Source of the DNA: Antedon mediterranea
Taxonomy: Eukaryota; Animalia; Echinodermata
Assembly (NCBI RefSeq): GCF_964355755.1
Contig: NC_092680.1
Coordinates: 12,905,045-12,969,044 of the forward strand
Direction: 5' to 3'
DNA: 64,000 nt
Each line of letters begins with the position of its first letter. Positions within the stretch are counted from its first letter, which is position 1. This document shows, piece by piece, positions 13,525 to 26,700 of this stretch. Below the pieces are notes generated by a model. It was not told the origin of the DNA. It ran no database searches and saw nothing but the letters and a program-made list of their open reading frames with translations. Position numbers and translations under genes: made by a program.

Positions 13525-14864
13525 ATGAGAAGGTATTTCTCTTCAGTGAATAAAAAACTTGAATTGACTTTGGCTATGATTAAGCCAGACATAGTTTCTC
13601 ATCCTCAAAGACACGCAGTAAGTAATTCAGTGGTAATATAGATTATTCATTAGCTAGGCCTGGGCCTATTATAGCCGGTTATAGCCTATTATAGGCCAAC
13701 GCCTCACTTAACGGTAATTTCATATTAATACTCCTTTTGATTGAGGTAGGCTAGGTGTGATGAAAAGTACGTGGTTGTGGGGGTTTAATAATAGAAGACC
13801 GAGGGTCGCTCTAAACATGGAAGTAACATAGGGAAGGCAGGCTTATATATGTAATTACTATTTTAATATTTTAACTTTCTAAATATAAACTAATTTTTAA
13901 TTGTACAGGAAATAAAAAACATAATCCTTTTAAACCAATTTTTCATCATTCAATCTAAAGTATTAAAATGGGACAGAGAAAAGGCTGAAGAGTTTTATAA
14001 AGAACACAAAGGTAGGAGCCTAAGTCTTAGCTAAGTATATTTATTAATATTTATACTACAGTATGTTTTTATTAGTTCTTCTCTACTACTATGTTTAGTA
14101 TTTATTACTGTATATAATTTTATAATCATACCAATTAAGTGTTAAATTGATGTATATTTTCTTTTGTTTTTAGGAAAGTTTTTTTACAATCGACTTGTCG
14201 GTTTTATGTCGAGTGGACCAATGAGTGCACACATTCTAGCAAGGGATAGTGCTATTGAACACTGGAGAACGTTGATGGGCCCAACCAAAACGTTTAAGTT
14301 CGTATCAGTTTTTGTTCTAAATTTATAGTAAAATTATTTTATTTTTTATTTATATTATATGAAAATTGAAAATGCCCTCTTTTAAAACCAACCAAAGTTT
14401 GTAATAACAGGGTGTAGCATGTCATTATATTAAAAACTACAAATATAGAATACAGCTGAGCATTACATTTTTTTTTAAACTTTGTCAGAGCCAGACATGA
14501 AAATGCAGATACGATACGAGGAATGTTTGGGCTTACAGATACACGCAATGCTACGCATGGATCAGGTAGGAACTTATTTTTTCCATTCGGCCATTCATTG
14601 TATTAATGAAATATTATACAATAAATTTAAGTAATACTGTAATTTATTTGTTTTTTAGATTCTGCAGAATCAGCATGTAAGGAAATAGCATTCTTTTATC
14701 CAGAGTTTGATGTCGATAACTGGTATACAACACAAGAACATTTATTTAGGACTGGGAAAGTGTTATACTGTGAAGAAACTGGAATACATAGGCCAACAAC
14801 AAATTTAGATTCCACTAATAATAATGATAATAAAAATAATAATAATAATAATATACATAATTAA
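13525..14864 (+). CDS. NME6: Nucleoside diphosphate kinase 6, 5 exons
   Basis: Exons 13525-13617, 13909-14011, 14174-14297, 14489-14565 and 14659-14864. Motifs LELTLAMIKPD, FYKEHKGKFFYNRLVGFMSSGP, WRTLMGPT, IRGMFGLTDTRNATHGSDS (catalytic His) match NME6. Confidence 0.95.
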
Positions 14865-15019
14865 TTACCAGTACAAATAAAAACAAACAAGAAATATTTA
14901 TTTGGAGCCAACTATTTAGTATACAAATTTTCTTTTTTAAATGAAAATCATTTTATATTTATATATTGTGCAAACAAATCAAAATAAATTAAACTTGGTA
15001 AAGTATAAATGTGTAGGTT

Positions 15020-17069
15020 TTTGTTTGTATATGTAACCCGTTGACGCTTGTTTGTATATGTAACCCGTTGACGCTTGTTTGTATATGTAACCCGTTGACG
15101 CTTGTTTGTATATGTACCTTGTTGACGCTTGTTTGTATATGTAACCCGTTGACGCTTGTTTGTATATGTACTCTGTTGACGCTTGTTTGTATATGTAACC
15201 TGTTGACGTTTGTTTGTATATGTAACCTGTTGACGCTTGTTTGTATATGTAACCCGTTGACGCTTGTTTGTATATGTAACCCGTTGACGCTTGTTTGTAT
15301 ATGTACTCTGTTGACGCTTGTTTGTATATGTAACCTGTTGACGTTTGTTTGTATATGTAACCTGTTGACGCTTGTTTGTATATGTAACCCGTTGACGCTT
15401 GTTTGTATATGTAACCCGTTGACGCTTGTTTGTATATGTACCCGTTGACGCTTGTTTGTATATGTACCCTGTTGACACTTGTTTGTATATGTACTCTGTT
15501 GACGCTTGTTTGTATATGTACTCTGTTGACGCTTGTTTGTATATGTAACCCGTTGACGCTTGTTTGTATATGTAACCCGTTGACGCTTGTTTGTATATGT
15601 ACCCTGTTGACGCTTGTTTGTATATGTACCCCGTTGACACTTGTTTGTATATGTACCCTGTTGACGCTTGTTTGTATATGTACCCGTTGACGCTTGTTTG
15701 TATATGTACCCCGTTGACGCTTGTTTGTATATGTAACCCGTTGACGCTTGTTTGTATATGTACCCTGTTGACGCTTGTTTGTATATGTACCCTGTTGACG
15801 CTTGTTTGTATATGTAACCTGTTGACGCTTGTTTGTATATGTAACCCGTTGACGCTTGTTTGTATATGTAACCCGTTGACGCTTGTTTGTATATGTACCC
15901 TGTTGACGCTTGTTTGTATATGTAACCTGTTGACGCTTGTTTGTATATGTACCCTGTTGACGCTTGTTTGTATATGTAACCCGTTGACGCTTGTTTGTAT
16001 ATGTAACCCGTTGACGCTTGTTTGTATATGTACCCTGTTGACGCTTGTTTGTATATGTAACCCGTTGACGCTTGTTTGTATATGTAACCCGTTGACGCTT
16101 GTTTGTATATGTACCCTGTTGACGCTTGTTTGTATATGTAACCTGTTGACGCTTGTTTGTATATGTACCCTGTTGACGCTTGTTTGTATATGTACCCTGT
16201 TGACGCTTGTTTGTATATGTAACCTGTTGACGCTTGTTTGTATATGTACCCTGTTGACGCTTGTTTGTATATGTAACCTGTTCACACTTGTTTGTATATG
16301 TACCCTGTTCACACTTGTTTGTATATGTACCCTGTTGACGCTTGTTTGTATATGTACCCCGTTGACGCTTGTTTGTATATGTACCCCGTTGACGCTTGTT
16401 TGTATATGTACTCTGTTGACGCTTGTTTGTATATGTAACCCGTTGACGCTTGTTTGTATATGTACCCTGTTGACGCTTGTTTGTATATGTACCCCGTTGA
16501 CGCTTGTTTGTATATGTACCCCGTTGACGCTTGTTTGTATATGTACCCCGTTGACGCTTGTTTGTATATGTAACCTGTTGACGCTTGTTTGTATATGTAC
16601 CCTGTTGACGCTTGTTTGTATATGTACCCTGTTGACGCTTGTTTGTATATGTACCCCGTTGACGCTTGTTTGTATATGTACCCTGTTGACGCTTGTTTGT
16701 ATATGTACTCTGTTGACGCTTGTTTGTATATGTAACCCGTTGACACTTGTTTGTATATGTACCCTGTTGACGTTTGTTTGTATATGTAACCCGTTGACGC
16801 TTGTTTGTATATGTACCCTGTTGACGCTTGTTTGTATATGTACTCTGTTGACACTTGTTTGTATATGTAACCTCTTGACGCTTGTTTGTATATGTAACCC
16901 GTTGACGCTTGTTTGTATATGTAACCCGTTGACGCTTGTTTGTATATGTACCCTGTTGATGCTTGTTTGTATATGTAACCTGTTGACGCTTGTTTGTATA
17001 TGTACCCTGTTGACGCTTGTTTGTATATGTAACCCGTTGACGCTTGTTTGTATATGTACCCTGTTGACA
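15020..17069. repeat. 27-bp minisatellite, about 76 copies, between the convergent NME6 and TPR 3' ends
   Basis: Unit CTTGTTTGTATATGTA(A/C)C(C/T)(C/T)GTTGACG. One detached monomer at about 17148-17175. Confidence 0.97.
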
Positions 17070-17753
17070 CATATCATATCATTTATTTCGCCAATATACA
17101 GAACAGTACAAAAAAAAAAAAAACAATACAAAAGTAAGTCAATGAGGCTTGTTTGTATATGTACCCTGTTGACACAGAATTCACATAAACTTTATTCAAG
17201 AAATACAATGTGTAATACAATGTGGTTTTATTGAACAAAAGAAATGAACATTATTATGGGATAGTTCTTTCAATTTAGCATTTTAATGCAACATATGCCA
17301 CTTATATACAACAATCATAGAAAAACAATGCAAAGAAACAGAGACACAAAACATTTATTATTCTTTATAATTCTTATTTGTGCTATTTTATACACATATT
17401 GTGAGAAAAACACAAGTAACATAAGTAACTCTGAATGTGTGCATTGTGCCAGTAATGAACAAAGCAGTATCATCTGTATGCAAATGAGATTGGTCACTTG
17501 TAATACTACAGTACAATCACATAGGTATCTTGTAGTTAACATATTAAGAATTGTTAAAACACTTTGCAAGACATATTTGATTTAAACATGATTGGTTTAT
17601 TAACACTGATGCATGGATACACAACCCTTAGTGTAGCATCCCTTATATCTTGATACAAATTCTTCGTTTATCATTTTGCCATCAGTACACATAATTCCTA
17701 TTGCACACTGCATTTACAAGTTTAGCAGTGATAGCTTATTGGTGGAATTTGGA

Positions 17754-20700
17754 TCACATGTTGTTGCCTCCTCTTCCTCGCCCTTGGTGAAACCTCCCGC
17801 CTCGACCGCCTGTAAAGGATGTGAACAAAATAACAAATGAATAGTAATTGATATGGCTAAGGCTGCAGGCTTTTTAATTTGTAGTGATAGGGGTTACTGT
17901 AGTTTGTTACTGTATAGATATGGGATACAAGCTTTTTACTGTTTAGTAATAGGGGATGCAGGCCTCTTAATGTGTAGTGATAGGGGCTGCAGGCTTTTTA
18001 CTGTGTAGTAATATGGGCTGCAGGCTTTTTACTGTGTAGTAATATGGGCTGTATGCTTTGTACTGTGTAGTAACTGTAGGCTTTGTACTGTGTAGTAATA
18101 TGGCTGCAGTCTTTTTAAGGTATAGTTATATTGGTTGCAGGCTTTTTACTCTGTAGTAATATGGGATGCAGGCATTTTACTGTGTAGTAATAGAGGCTGT
18201 AGGCTTTTACTGTGTAGTAATAGGGGCTGCAGGCTTTTTACTGTGTAGTAATAGGGGCTGCAGGCTTTTTACTGTGTAGTAATAGGGGCTGCAGGTTTTT
18301 TACTGTGTAGTAATAGAGGCTGTAGGCTATTACTGTGTAGTAATAGGGGCTGCAGGCTTTTTACTGTGTAGTAATAGGGGCTGCAGGCTTTTTACTGTGT
18401 AGTAATAGGGGCTGCAGGTTTTTTACTGTGTAGTAATAAGGGTTGCAGACTTTGTAATGTATATTATACAGTATACTGAAGGCGATGCAGGCTTTAAAGC
18501 TCAGGTACAGGCATGAATTAAAACTATAATATCTGGTTAATTGTACATAAATCAAATATTTGTAACAGAAATCAAGACGAAAAAACATGAATTTCCCTTA
18601 ATATGGTCAAATACAAATTAATTGACAAAATTCTGCCATAAAAACCAGGAAGACTTTTTTTCAGTAGTTAGGTAGTTTAACCTAATGTAATAACATGTCT
18701 GGTGACTCCCTAGATGGTGAAAAAAGATGGTGGATATATGGTGGATAATTTTTGCTATAGCATGAAAATAAAAATCTGAAGTTGAATAAAAATACCAGAA
18801 ATGTAAAATTAAATTTATATTACCTATATTTAGTTATCTGATAACATTGCCTCTCTATTTACAAAATTTGTGTACAAAAGAAGAGATTTTACTGTGTAAT
18901 TTGAACTATTCCTCCACTGATAAGAAAGTGCTTATTTTCAACAAGCTTGTGTAACATAAATAAAATCCCAAAAATTATGAAACATAGGGGAAACTATAGA
19001 TCGATAATTATTGGAATGTATGATCAATAGAAATTTTTTGCCCGCACCTGGCCTTTAAGCTTTTTATTGTATATTTACCTCGTTGTGTTCTCTGTATTGG
19101 ACGGCGGCCTCGTACTGCTGACTGTGGACGTTGTTGAGCTGGTCTAGATGCTACTGATGCAGAGCTCTGTGTTGGATGCCGTGAGCTCTGTGCTGGGTTG
19201 CCAGTGTTCCATACAATTGGCTTAGGCTTGCTTTTGGCTTCACCTCCTTATCAAGACAAAATATGTAGTCAACTTTTTCAAAAAAGATTTTGGATTGGGG
19301 GAATTGTATGAAAATAAACATAATCTTATTTTGAAGAGGTTTTAAGCTCTGTCTAAACAATGAAACTAGTTTGACGAAAATGTGTGATGTGCCCAAATAT
19401 GGCAGTGATATGACATCATTATGTCCATATATAGGCACATCACATTTTTTGTCAAATAAAGTTTGATAGTGTAGACAAGGCTTGTGCCCAAATATGGTAG
19501 TGATATGACATCATGTCCATATATAGGCATATCACATTTTTGTCAAATAAAGTTTGATAGTGTAGACAGAGCTTTAGACAAAAAAGATCCATATATTAAT
19601 TCCAACATGATGTGTCATCACCATTAACGGCATACTATAGTATTATACTATACTAGAAAAAGGGCAAATGTAAACAATCTGAAATTGATAATCTTACCAT
19701 GTTCGGTTGAGCTTTCAGCAGCTTGACCACTAGTTGATGGTGCTTCCTTAGCCTCTTTCTCACTGCCATTATTTGTTGAGCTGCTAGGCCCAGTATCGTC
19801 TTGTCTTGAAGCAGCTGTGGCCTCACCACTTCCACCAGATTCTACAATCTCTTGAGTGCTGGCTGGGCTTCTACAATAACAAAAGATCAGTATGCTTAAC
19901 AAAATAGAAAACATAAAAATGGGGTATGCTTAGCATGGCATAGAACGATGCATTGTGTGCTATCTATTTTTCACCTTTCAAACTAGGTCTACAGGTAGTA
20001 GCCTAAATCATAAATGGATTTCATATCTAAACTCTGTCTACAAAAAAAGTGTGCCTAAATATGATATTAAAATACCCAAATATGATCATCAAGTTTGATA
20101 GTGTAGACAGAGTTTTAAATAATCAGGAGAAATCGCACTTTAGTGGTAACCTCCCACGATTGTTGGGAGATTTAGGAGCTACTTTTTACTACTTTTTTGA
20201 AATAATAAGTACTGTATGTAAAAGAAACTCACTGGGAACTAGCTGCCTGTCGTGTCTCTACTGCCCCTTGTAACACCTGTACTACTTCACTAGGCTCAGT
20301 ATCTGGTTCATCACTCCCTGCGGCCATTTGTGACGTTGAGACAACAGTAATAGGCACAGATATCGACGGTACAACATCTGATGATTCAGACACAGAGTTG
20401 CTTGCTGCTATTGATACTAAATAAATGACGTAATTGTAATTAATTTTATAAATGAGTGAAAGCCAATCAGTGATATTATGTTGAAATAGATAATATGAGA
20501 CAATACTTTTAAATTTGTTTTATCCATGGAAATAAAGCAAATTCTTCTGGCTGTTTTACTTTATTGTTTTGATTTAGCCTTTTCCTTATTTTTTTTGTAT
20601 CTCCATTGAGATCCAGCCACTCATACCCACAGCATTGTCATTTTCTCAGTGCTTATTTTATTTTATATCTCCATTGAGATCCAGCCACTCATACTCAGTA

Positions 20701-23700
20701 ATTTACCTTTGTATTTATATGCATATACTTCATATTCTTACCTGGAGCATGCGGCATTAAAGGTGTAGTAGGTACACTGCGACCTCCATCATCATCACCT
20801 AATAGTGGATTGATCCTAGTTTCATCCATACCAAGACCTAGAAATTGTTTTTTTTTAATGACAACAAATTATTTTATAAAATATATCAAGATTTTGTTTT
20901 TTATATTGTTACTGCGAGTGTTACTACTAGACTTGTGATAACTATAACTGATCTAATTTTATTCGCTCGATTCTACAAATAAACTGTTAGTATTGTATAC
21001 AAAGACAATGAGTTCTACAAATAAACTGTTAGTATTGTATACCAAGACAATGAGTTCAAACAAATTCAACTTACGTTCTTGTGTTTCAAGCTGCGCTAAT
21101 CCTGGTCTAGTAGTCTCAGCTTCACCAGGAGGTCCAAAGTGGAACCGGGAGGACTGTAACAGTGGTGAGCTGAAATAATGTGGTCAAATAAATTAACTTA
21201 GGGGATGTTCATATCCATGAAGTTATACTTTTGTATCGCAAGCAGGGTCACATTATCATCGATTAACAATTGCTTTTTAAAACTTGATGCATCGCATATC
21301 TGGCCGAACATCCAGTATGCAAGTGTAAATTTGATTTTTTACAGGTCAAAAAAGTTGGTTCATTTTTCGTATCATAGGCGTCATACACAAGTTGTGTACA
21401 CTTAGCTGTCATAGCAAACAAAAAGATCAGTGTTGTAAGAGGTGGCTTCCACTAATCTTAATCTTGTTCAGACCTACAGAATCATGTATGATGTGAAAGC
21501 ATAAAGGCAAAAAAAAATTTTAAATAATAAAAATATAGAATCTATGTCATTCCTTATGACCATTTACACAAAGCATGGAGCGAACGGGCGGTGTCCGCTC
21601 AGGATAGATACATATTCTATGTGTGGCAAGCTACGCAATTCTCTGCTTTACCGTTACCGCTCGTCTGTGTAAATTGGCCTTAACTCTGTAGTTGTGAACA
21701 GGCCCTTAAACTATGAATATCTTATCTTGTAGCAGAGTAACAAACACACAGCTGAACTTACTTAATAACTTCTGCAAAGCCCCCATCTGCTCTTGGGACA
21801 AAGAGTGTTGGAGTACTAGGAACCAGGCGGTCATCCCCAACATCCTCAAACGGAACAGCTCCAGTAGCCTAAAGGTAGTACAAGTACAAGTTCAATCATT
21901 CACAAAATAAAAGCTTAATTATTATGAGTTACATGCATTTTCATTCTGAATTTTAAAGATGTATTGTCTCCCTGCAAAAATATTTTTTTTTTTTAAATTT
22001 TGTTGAAAGTGCGATTTTAATGTCACATAATAGTTATCCAATTTTACCAAAAAAAAATGATTTACCTAAAAAAACTGTAATTTAGAGAAAGAAAATATAG
22101 CCAATGATTTTTGGTTCAATTTAACAATTATTTATTATGTCATTTTATGAGTGAAATATTTTTTTCGTTTTTCTTTCTACAGAAGTGGTTAATTTGATTA
22201 AAAATACAAAATAACCTATTCAAAGTCTGATTTAATTAATTATCATTTTTCATGATTTTGGGAGACAATATAACTTTAAACATAATGATATTTATATTAA
22301 CATGGTACTCACATAAAATAGTGAAGGTCTGCCAATAGATGGCAGTCTTTCAGTTCTCTATAAAAATTAAAAATATTTTGATTAAAAAAAATGATTTCAC
22401 AGTCAATGAATTCAGATTAGAACTTTGAAATCAATGCTGTAGTATAAACAATAGTGATTAAAAAAAGGTTGTACTTACACGATGCATAGGTGGGGCATGC
22501 TGCTGGCTATGTTCTGGTGGTACTACACCTAACAGAGGGGGTGAGACACGTTGCTGGGAAGAGCTTCCAGATGCTTGCTGCGTTTCAATGACATCATCGT
22601 CATCATCATCTAAACAATTTAAAATTGTACGTTTGTACATGACATAAGTAAAATACAACACCATAATATTCATTTCACACTTCACTGTGAAACCGCCATG
22701 TAACAAATTATGTTTTAACAAAACAGCCAACACACATTTAGGAGACAACATTACTAAGAGGGCAAACACTCTATTACTCTATACTGACTAATAATAGTAG
22801 TAGGGGTTCTACTATATTCCCATTGTATATGATATCATGTGTAATTACTCTCATTGGTTATCCGCCTCAAGCGGATAAGCATTTGTTATTGTAGTGTTAC
22901 TTTTTTTTTTTTTTTATTATTCTTCTTTCTTTCTCAGATTTTGTGTACGCGTTTTCTCTTGAACGTGTTAACATAACATTTTGTAACTTGGTCAACATAT
23001 AGACAATTAACTGACGATGTACTGCGAAGCTTTTTGACAATGTCAGATCCGCGTAGCGTAAGTTACGCGCGATTTTCTGAAAATCTTAAATCGGTCATAA
23101 CTTCGAAACCGATAAATATTTTTTAACGAAATTTTCAGCCACGTTTTCTTCACATCAATGGCTAACTTTTTCGCTCTTCAGCAAATTTTTGAACACTAGA
23201 AAATCTGCGCGTAAACTGCGTTTGAAATTTTAAAATGCTCCTAATTTGTGCACGCTGTTTCTCTGTAACGCGTTAACATAACATTTTGTAACTTGTTCAA
23301 CATATAGACATTTTACTGAAGTTGTCCAGCCAAGCTTTTTGACGATGTCAGAGCCGCGTAGCGTAAGTTACGCGTGATTTTCTGAAAATCTTAAATTGGT
23401 TATAACTTCGAAACAAATGAATATTTTTTAACGTCATTTTCAGCCACGTTTGCTTCACATCAATAGTTAACTTTTTTAACGCTATCGCAATTTCTAACAT
23501 TAGAAAGTGCGCGCGTAAATGGCGTTTGAAATTTTAAAATGCTTCAAATCAATTTCTGATTAAATTAGAGCACGATTCAGGTCATTTTAAGCGTTTAAAA
23601 AATTGCCACTGGTGCGCACATTTTTACGCGCGCACGGCGCAGGGAACAGGTATGAGCATTTCTTTTACACGATTTGTGTTTTTAAATCTTCGGTTAACAA

Positions 23701-26700
23701 TTTTACGTTATTTTATTCACTTTTCAACTTGAAATGGCGTTCTACGAGCACGTTAAACATGACAGGTTGCGCACGAAAACGTCAACAAATTGTGAAAATG
23801 TTCCAAAATATGTCTACTTTTAAAAATGAAACAGTTCATCAGAATGCAAGGTTACCCCCATTTTTTATTTTAATTTCTTGCAGTGTATGAATCATAGGTC
23901 TGATTTATTATAGTGTTGAATGCTAAAACGTGTTTGATGGCTACATTATTTGCATATTAAATATAATTTTTGAAATATTTATCATCAAACAAACATAAAC
24001 TTATTCAAAGAGCAAAACAATAAACATAACATTTATCTTTTTTCTTTACATGTTAATATATAAAACTTGAAAGTATGTACTTTCATAAAATATCAGCGTT
24101 TAAAATTTTTGAAGATTTCATCATAGTAAAATTTATGATTTAAGTTTGATATGTAATAATCAACTTGCATCGAGGGGGTTCACGACATACCGAATGAACG
24201 AGGACTCTTTCTTCGGATTTTCGTCAGCAGGTGGTCATATGGCTCGATGTGTAATGCAACCGACTTTGGTATCAGAGGTACCGGGTTCGAGTCCCGTCAC
24301 GGGAAAACAATTAATTAAAAGGGTTTAGTTGGTTATTACACTGAGAGGGCAGTTTTAATTTTGAATAGCCTACTTTTTTTGGAAAAGTCATAACTTGGAA
24401 GTACTTGAATACGCAAGATACGCTTTGTTGCTGGCGGATAACCAAACTCGTCCTCAAGTGACGAGTTTAAGTTCTAGTTGTTATTGTTATTTTATATTGT
24501 GTATTATTTATGTGTACTATTTGTATTAAGATTCCATCTTGTGTATCATTATTTGTATCCTAGCTGTGTATATCATTTTTGGTACAATAATTTTTTTGAA
24601 GACAATAAAAATAATGATAGTTCATTCTTATAAAGCGCATATAAGCAAGCTGTCAATGTGCTGCACATAAATTAAAATAGACGAGAAGTTGCAATATAAT
24701 ATCGATGAAAAACTTGTTTGAAAAAGAAAGGGCTTCAACTGGGTCTTGAAAGAGTTTAGAGTAGCACACTGTCTGATTGAAATTGTTAAGGAATTCCACC
24801 GAGTTGGAGCTGCCACAGCAAAAGCTCTACCACTATCTGTAGATGTCCTAATAATAAATAATGTTATAAAATACATTACCAATGATCTCAACCACTTCAT
24901 TGGAGTCATCTTCCATGGCATCATCATCGTCGTCTTCATCATCATCCTCTCTGTCTCCTTCCATTTGGTCTTCATCCTCTGCATCAATTCCTTCAATATC
25001 TCCTTCCTTTAAAATTAGTGAAGGAATATAAAAAACTTACAAAAATACATTTGAACCTCCCTGCTGTGGAAACTCATCCATGACTGATATTTTCCATCTG
25101 ATAATCACTGTTTTTAAAAAAAATAGAGATGAGAAGAAGAATGTAACCCTATTCATCTTCCTCCATTGTGTCTGATACTTAAAGTCAAGTCTGAAATATT
25201 TCAAGTAACATATTTATGGTGATGATCATATGGGGGGGGGGGGGGGAGTCTTATTACCTACCAATGTGTCATAATCATCATAGTCTTCCTCTTCGTCTTC
25301 ATCATCATCACCTTGTTCTCCTTGGAAGACCTCTTCATCCTAATTAATCACAGAATACATGTGTTACTACATTGAGCATAGTACATTTATGGATACAAAT
25401 AATAAATACATCTAGCAATATTTTTGTGTTATTAGTTGACAAGTTTAATTTAATGTAAAAGCAGGAAAAAAAGTAAATCAAATTACTTCATCACTTTCCA
25501 GAACGACAATGACATCATTATCATCTGTCTCTTCATCACCAAGAGCAATGCCAACACCGCCATCATCAAGCGCTTCAATTCCAACAAACTGAATGTCATC
25601 ATCATCGTCGTCCGCAATAATTTGCTCTTGTTGTTGATGACTTGACCCTTGTTGAGGTACTTGCCGTTGTTGATGGCTCGACCCTTGTTGAGGTACTTGC
25701 CGTTGCTGATGGCTTGACCCTTGCTGTGGTACTTGGCGTTGTTGATGGCTAGACACTTGCTGTGGTACTTGCCGTTGTTGTGGTTCAGCCTGTTGTATAA
25801 CACGTAATTTCTTGTCTATGCGCGACTCTGCACGAAGTTGAACAACCTCTTGTGGTAACGCCTGTGCTTCTTTGCTGTCTTCTGGGATAGGTTCTACCTT
25901 TGGTTGGTCACTTTGCTTGCTTGGTTCAGGCGATGCCTCTCCCTAATATTGAAAAACATACAAATCTATAATTCCAAAGTACTTTCTCAAGAATTAACTT
26001 CCATGACCTTTCTAGGTCAAATTGCATGCTTTTTATATGACCTACAAAATAACTTGAAAAATACCTGTTTTTGAACTTTCTGCTTCTTCTCAAGTGGGGG
26101 CGTGCTTTCTCGTTCGGTTGGTACTGCTTCACTGCAATATAATTATATTAGTATTATTATGTAACATTTCAAAATGGTTATAATTATGTATTTCCTACAA
26201 AAATAATATTCTATAAAACCGGAGATGAACAAAAAAGTGGCTTTAGAGATTAGTGGCTTTTTATTGTATACTTATTAGGTGAATAGCAATTAGAGCTTTA
26301 GTAGAGTGACACCAAGAAAATAATACCTCTCGTTTTCATCATCCTCTCTCTGCCTCTTCATTGTCGTAGCAGAGGGAGTAGGTTCAGTTGATGGTCTGAC
26401 AGCGTTGGTACTGGTAGATGGTTCAATGGTAGCTACACTTGTGCTCTCTGCTTGAATATGTGGTTCACGCCCACCAGATGTTTCTAGATATAATTAAATA
26501 AGAGGCGAAAGTTACTATAAATGATACTCGATTAGGTTATATCATTTTACTTAGTTACAATATTTATAAATTTGTAATTTTGAGAGTAAAATAAAGTTAT
26601 TTTACCAGGTTCATAACCTTGCGACGTTGATGGCTCCTCCACTAAAGACTGACTCTCCATCACAGGCTCAGCAATTGCAACGGGGGGAGCAAGTTGTGTT

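Noticed and set aside
15020-17069. CRISPR-like array
   Set aside because: No unique spacers, only a few recurring point variants. Eukaryotic context with no cas genes.
14948-17234. Long ORFs of 727, 697, 547 and 253 aa
   Set aside because: They are translations of the 27-bp satellite, open in several frames on both strands, with no unique coding sequence.
25050-25195. Possible extra acidic TPR mini-exons
   Set aside because: The flanking exons (25262-25339 and 24880-25006) already join in frame, and the candidate segments have weak donors or stop codons.
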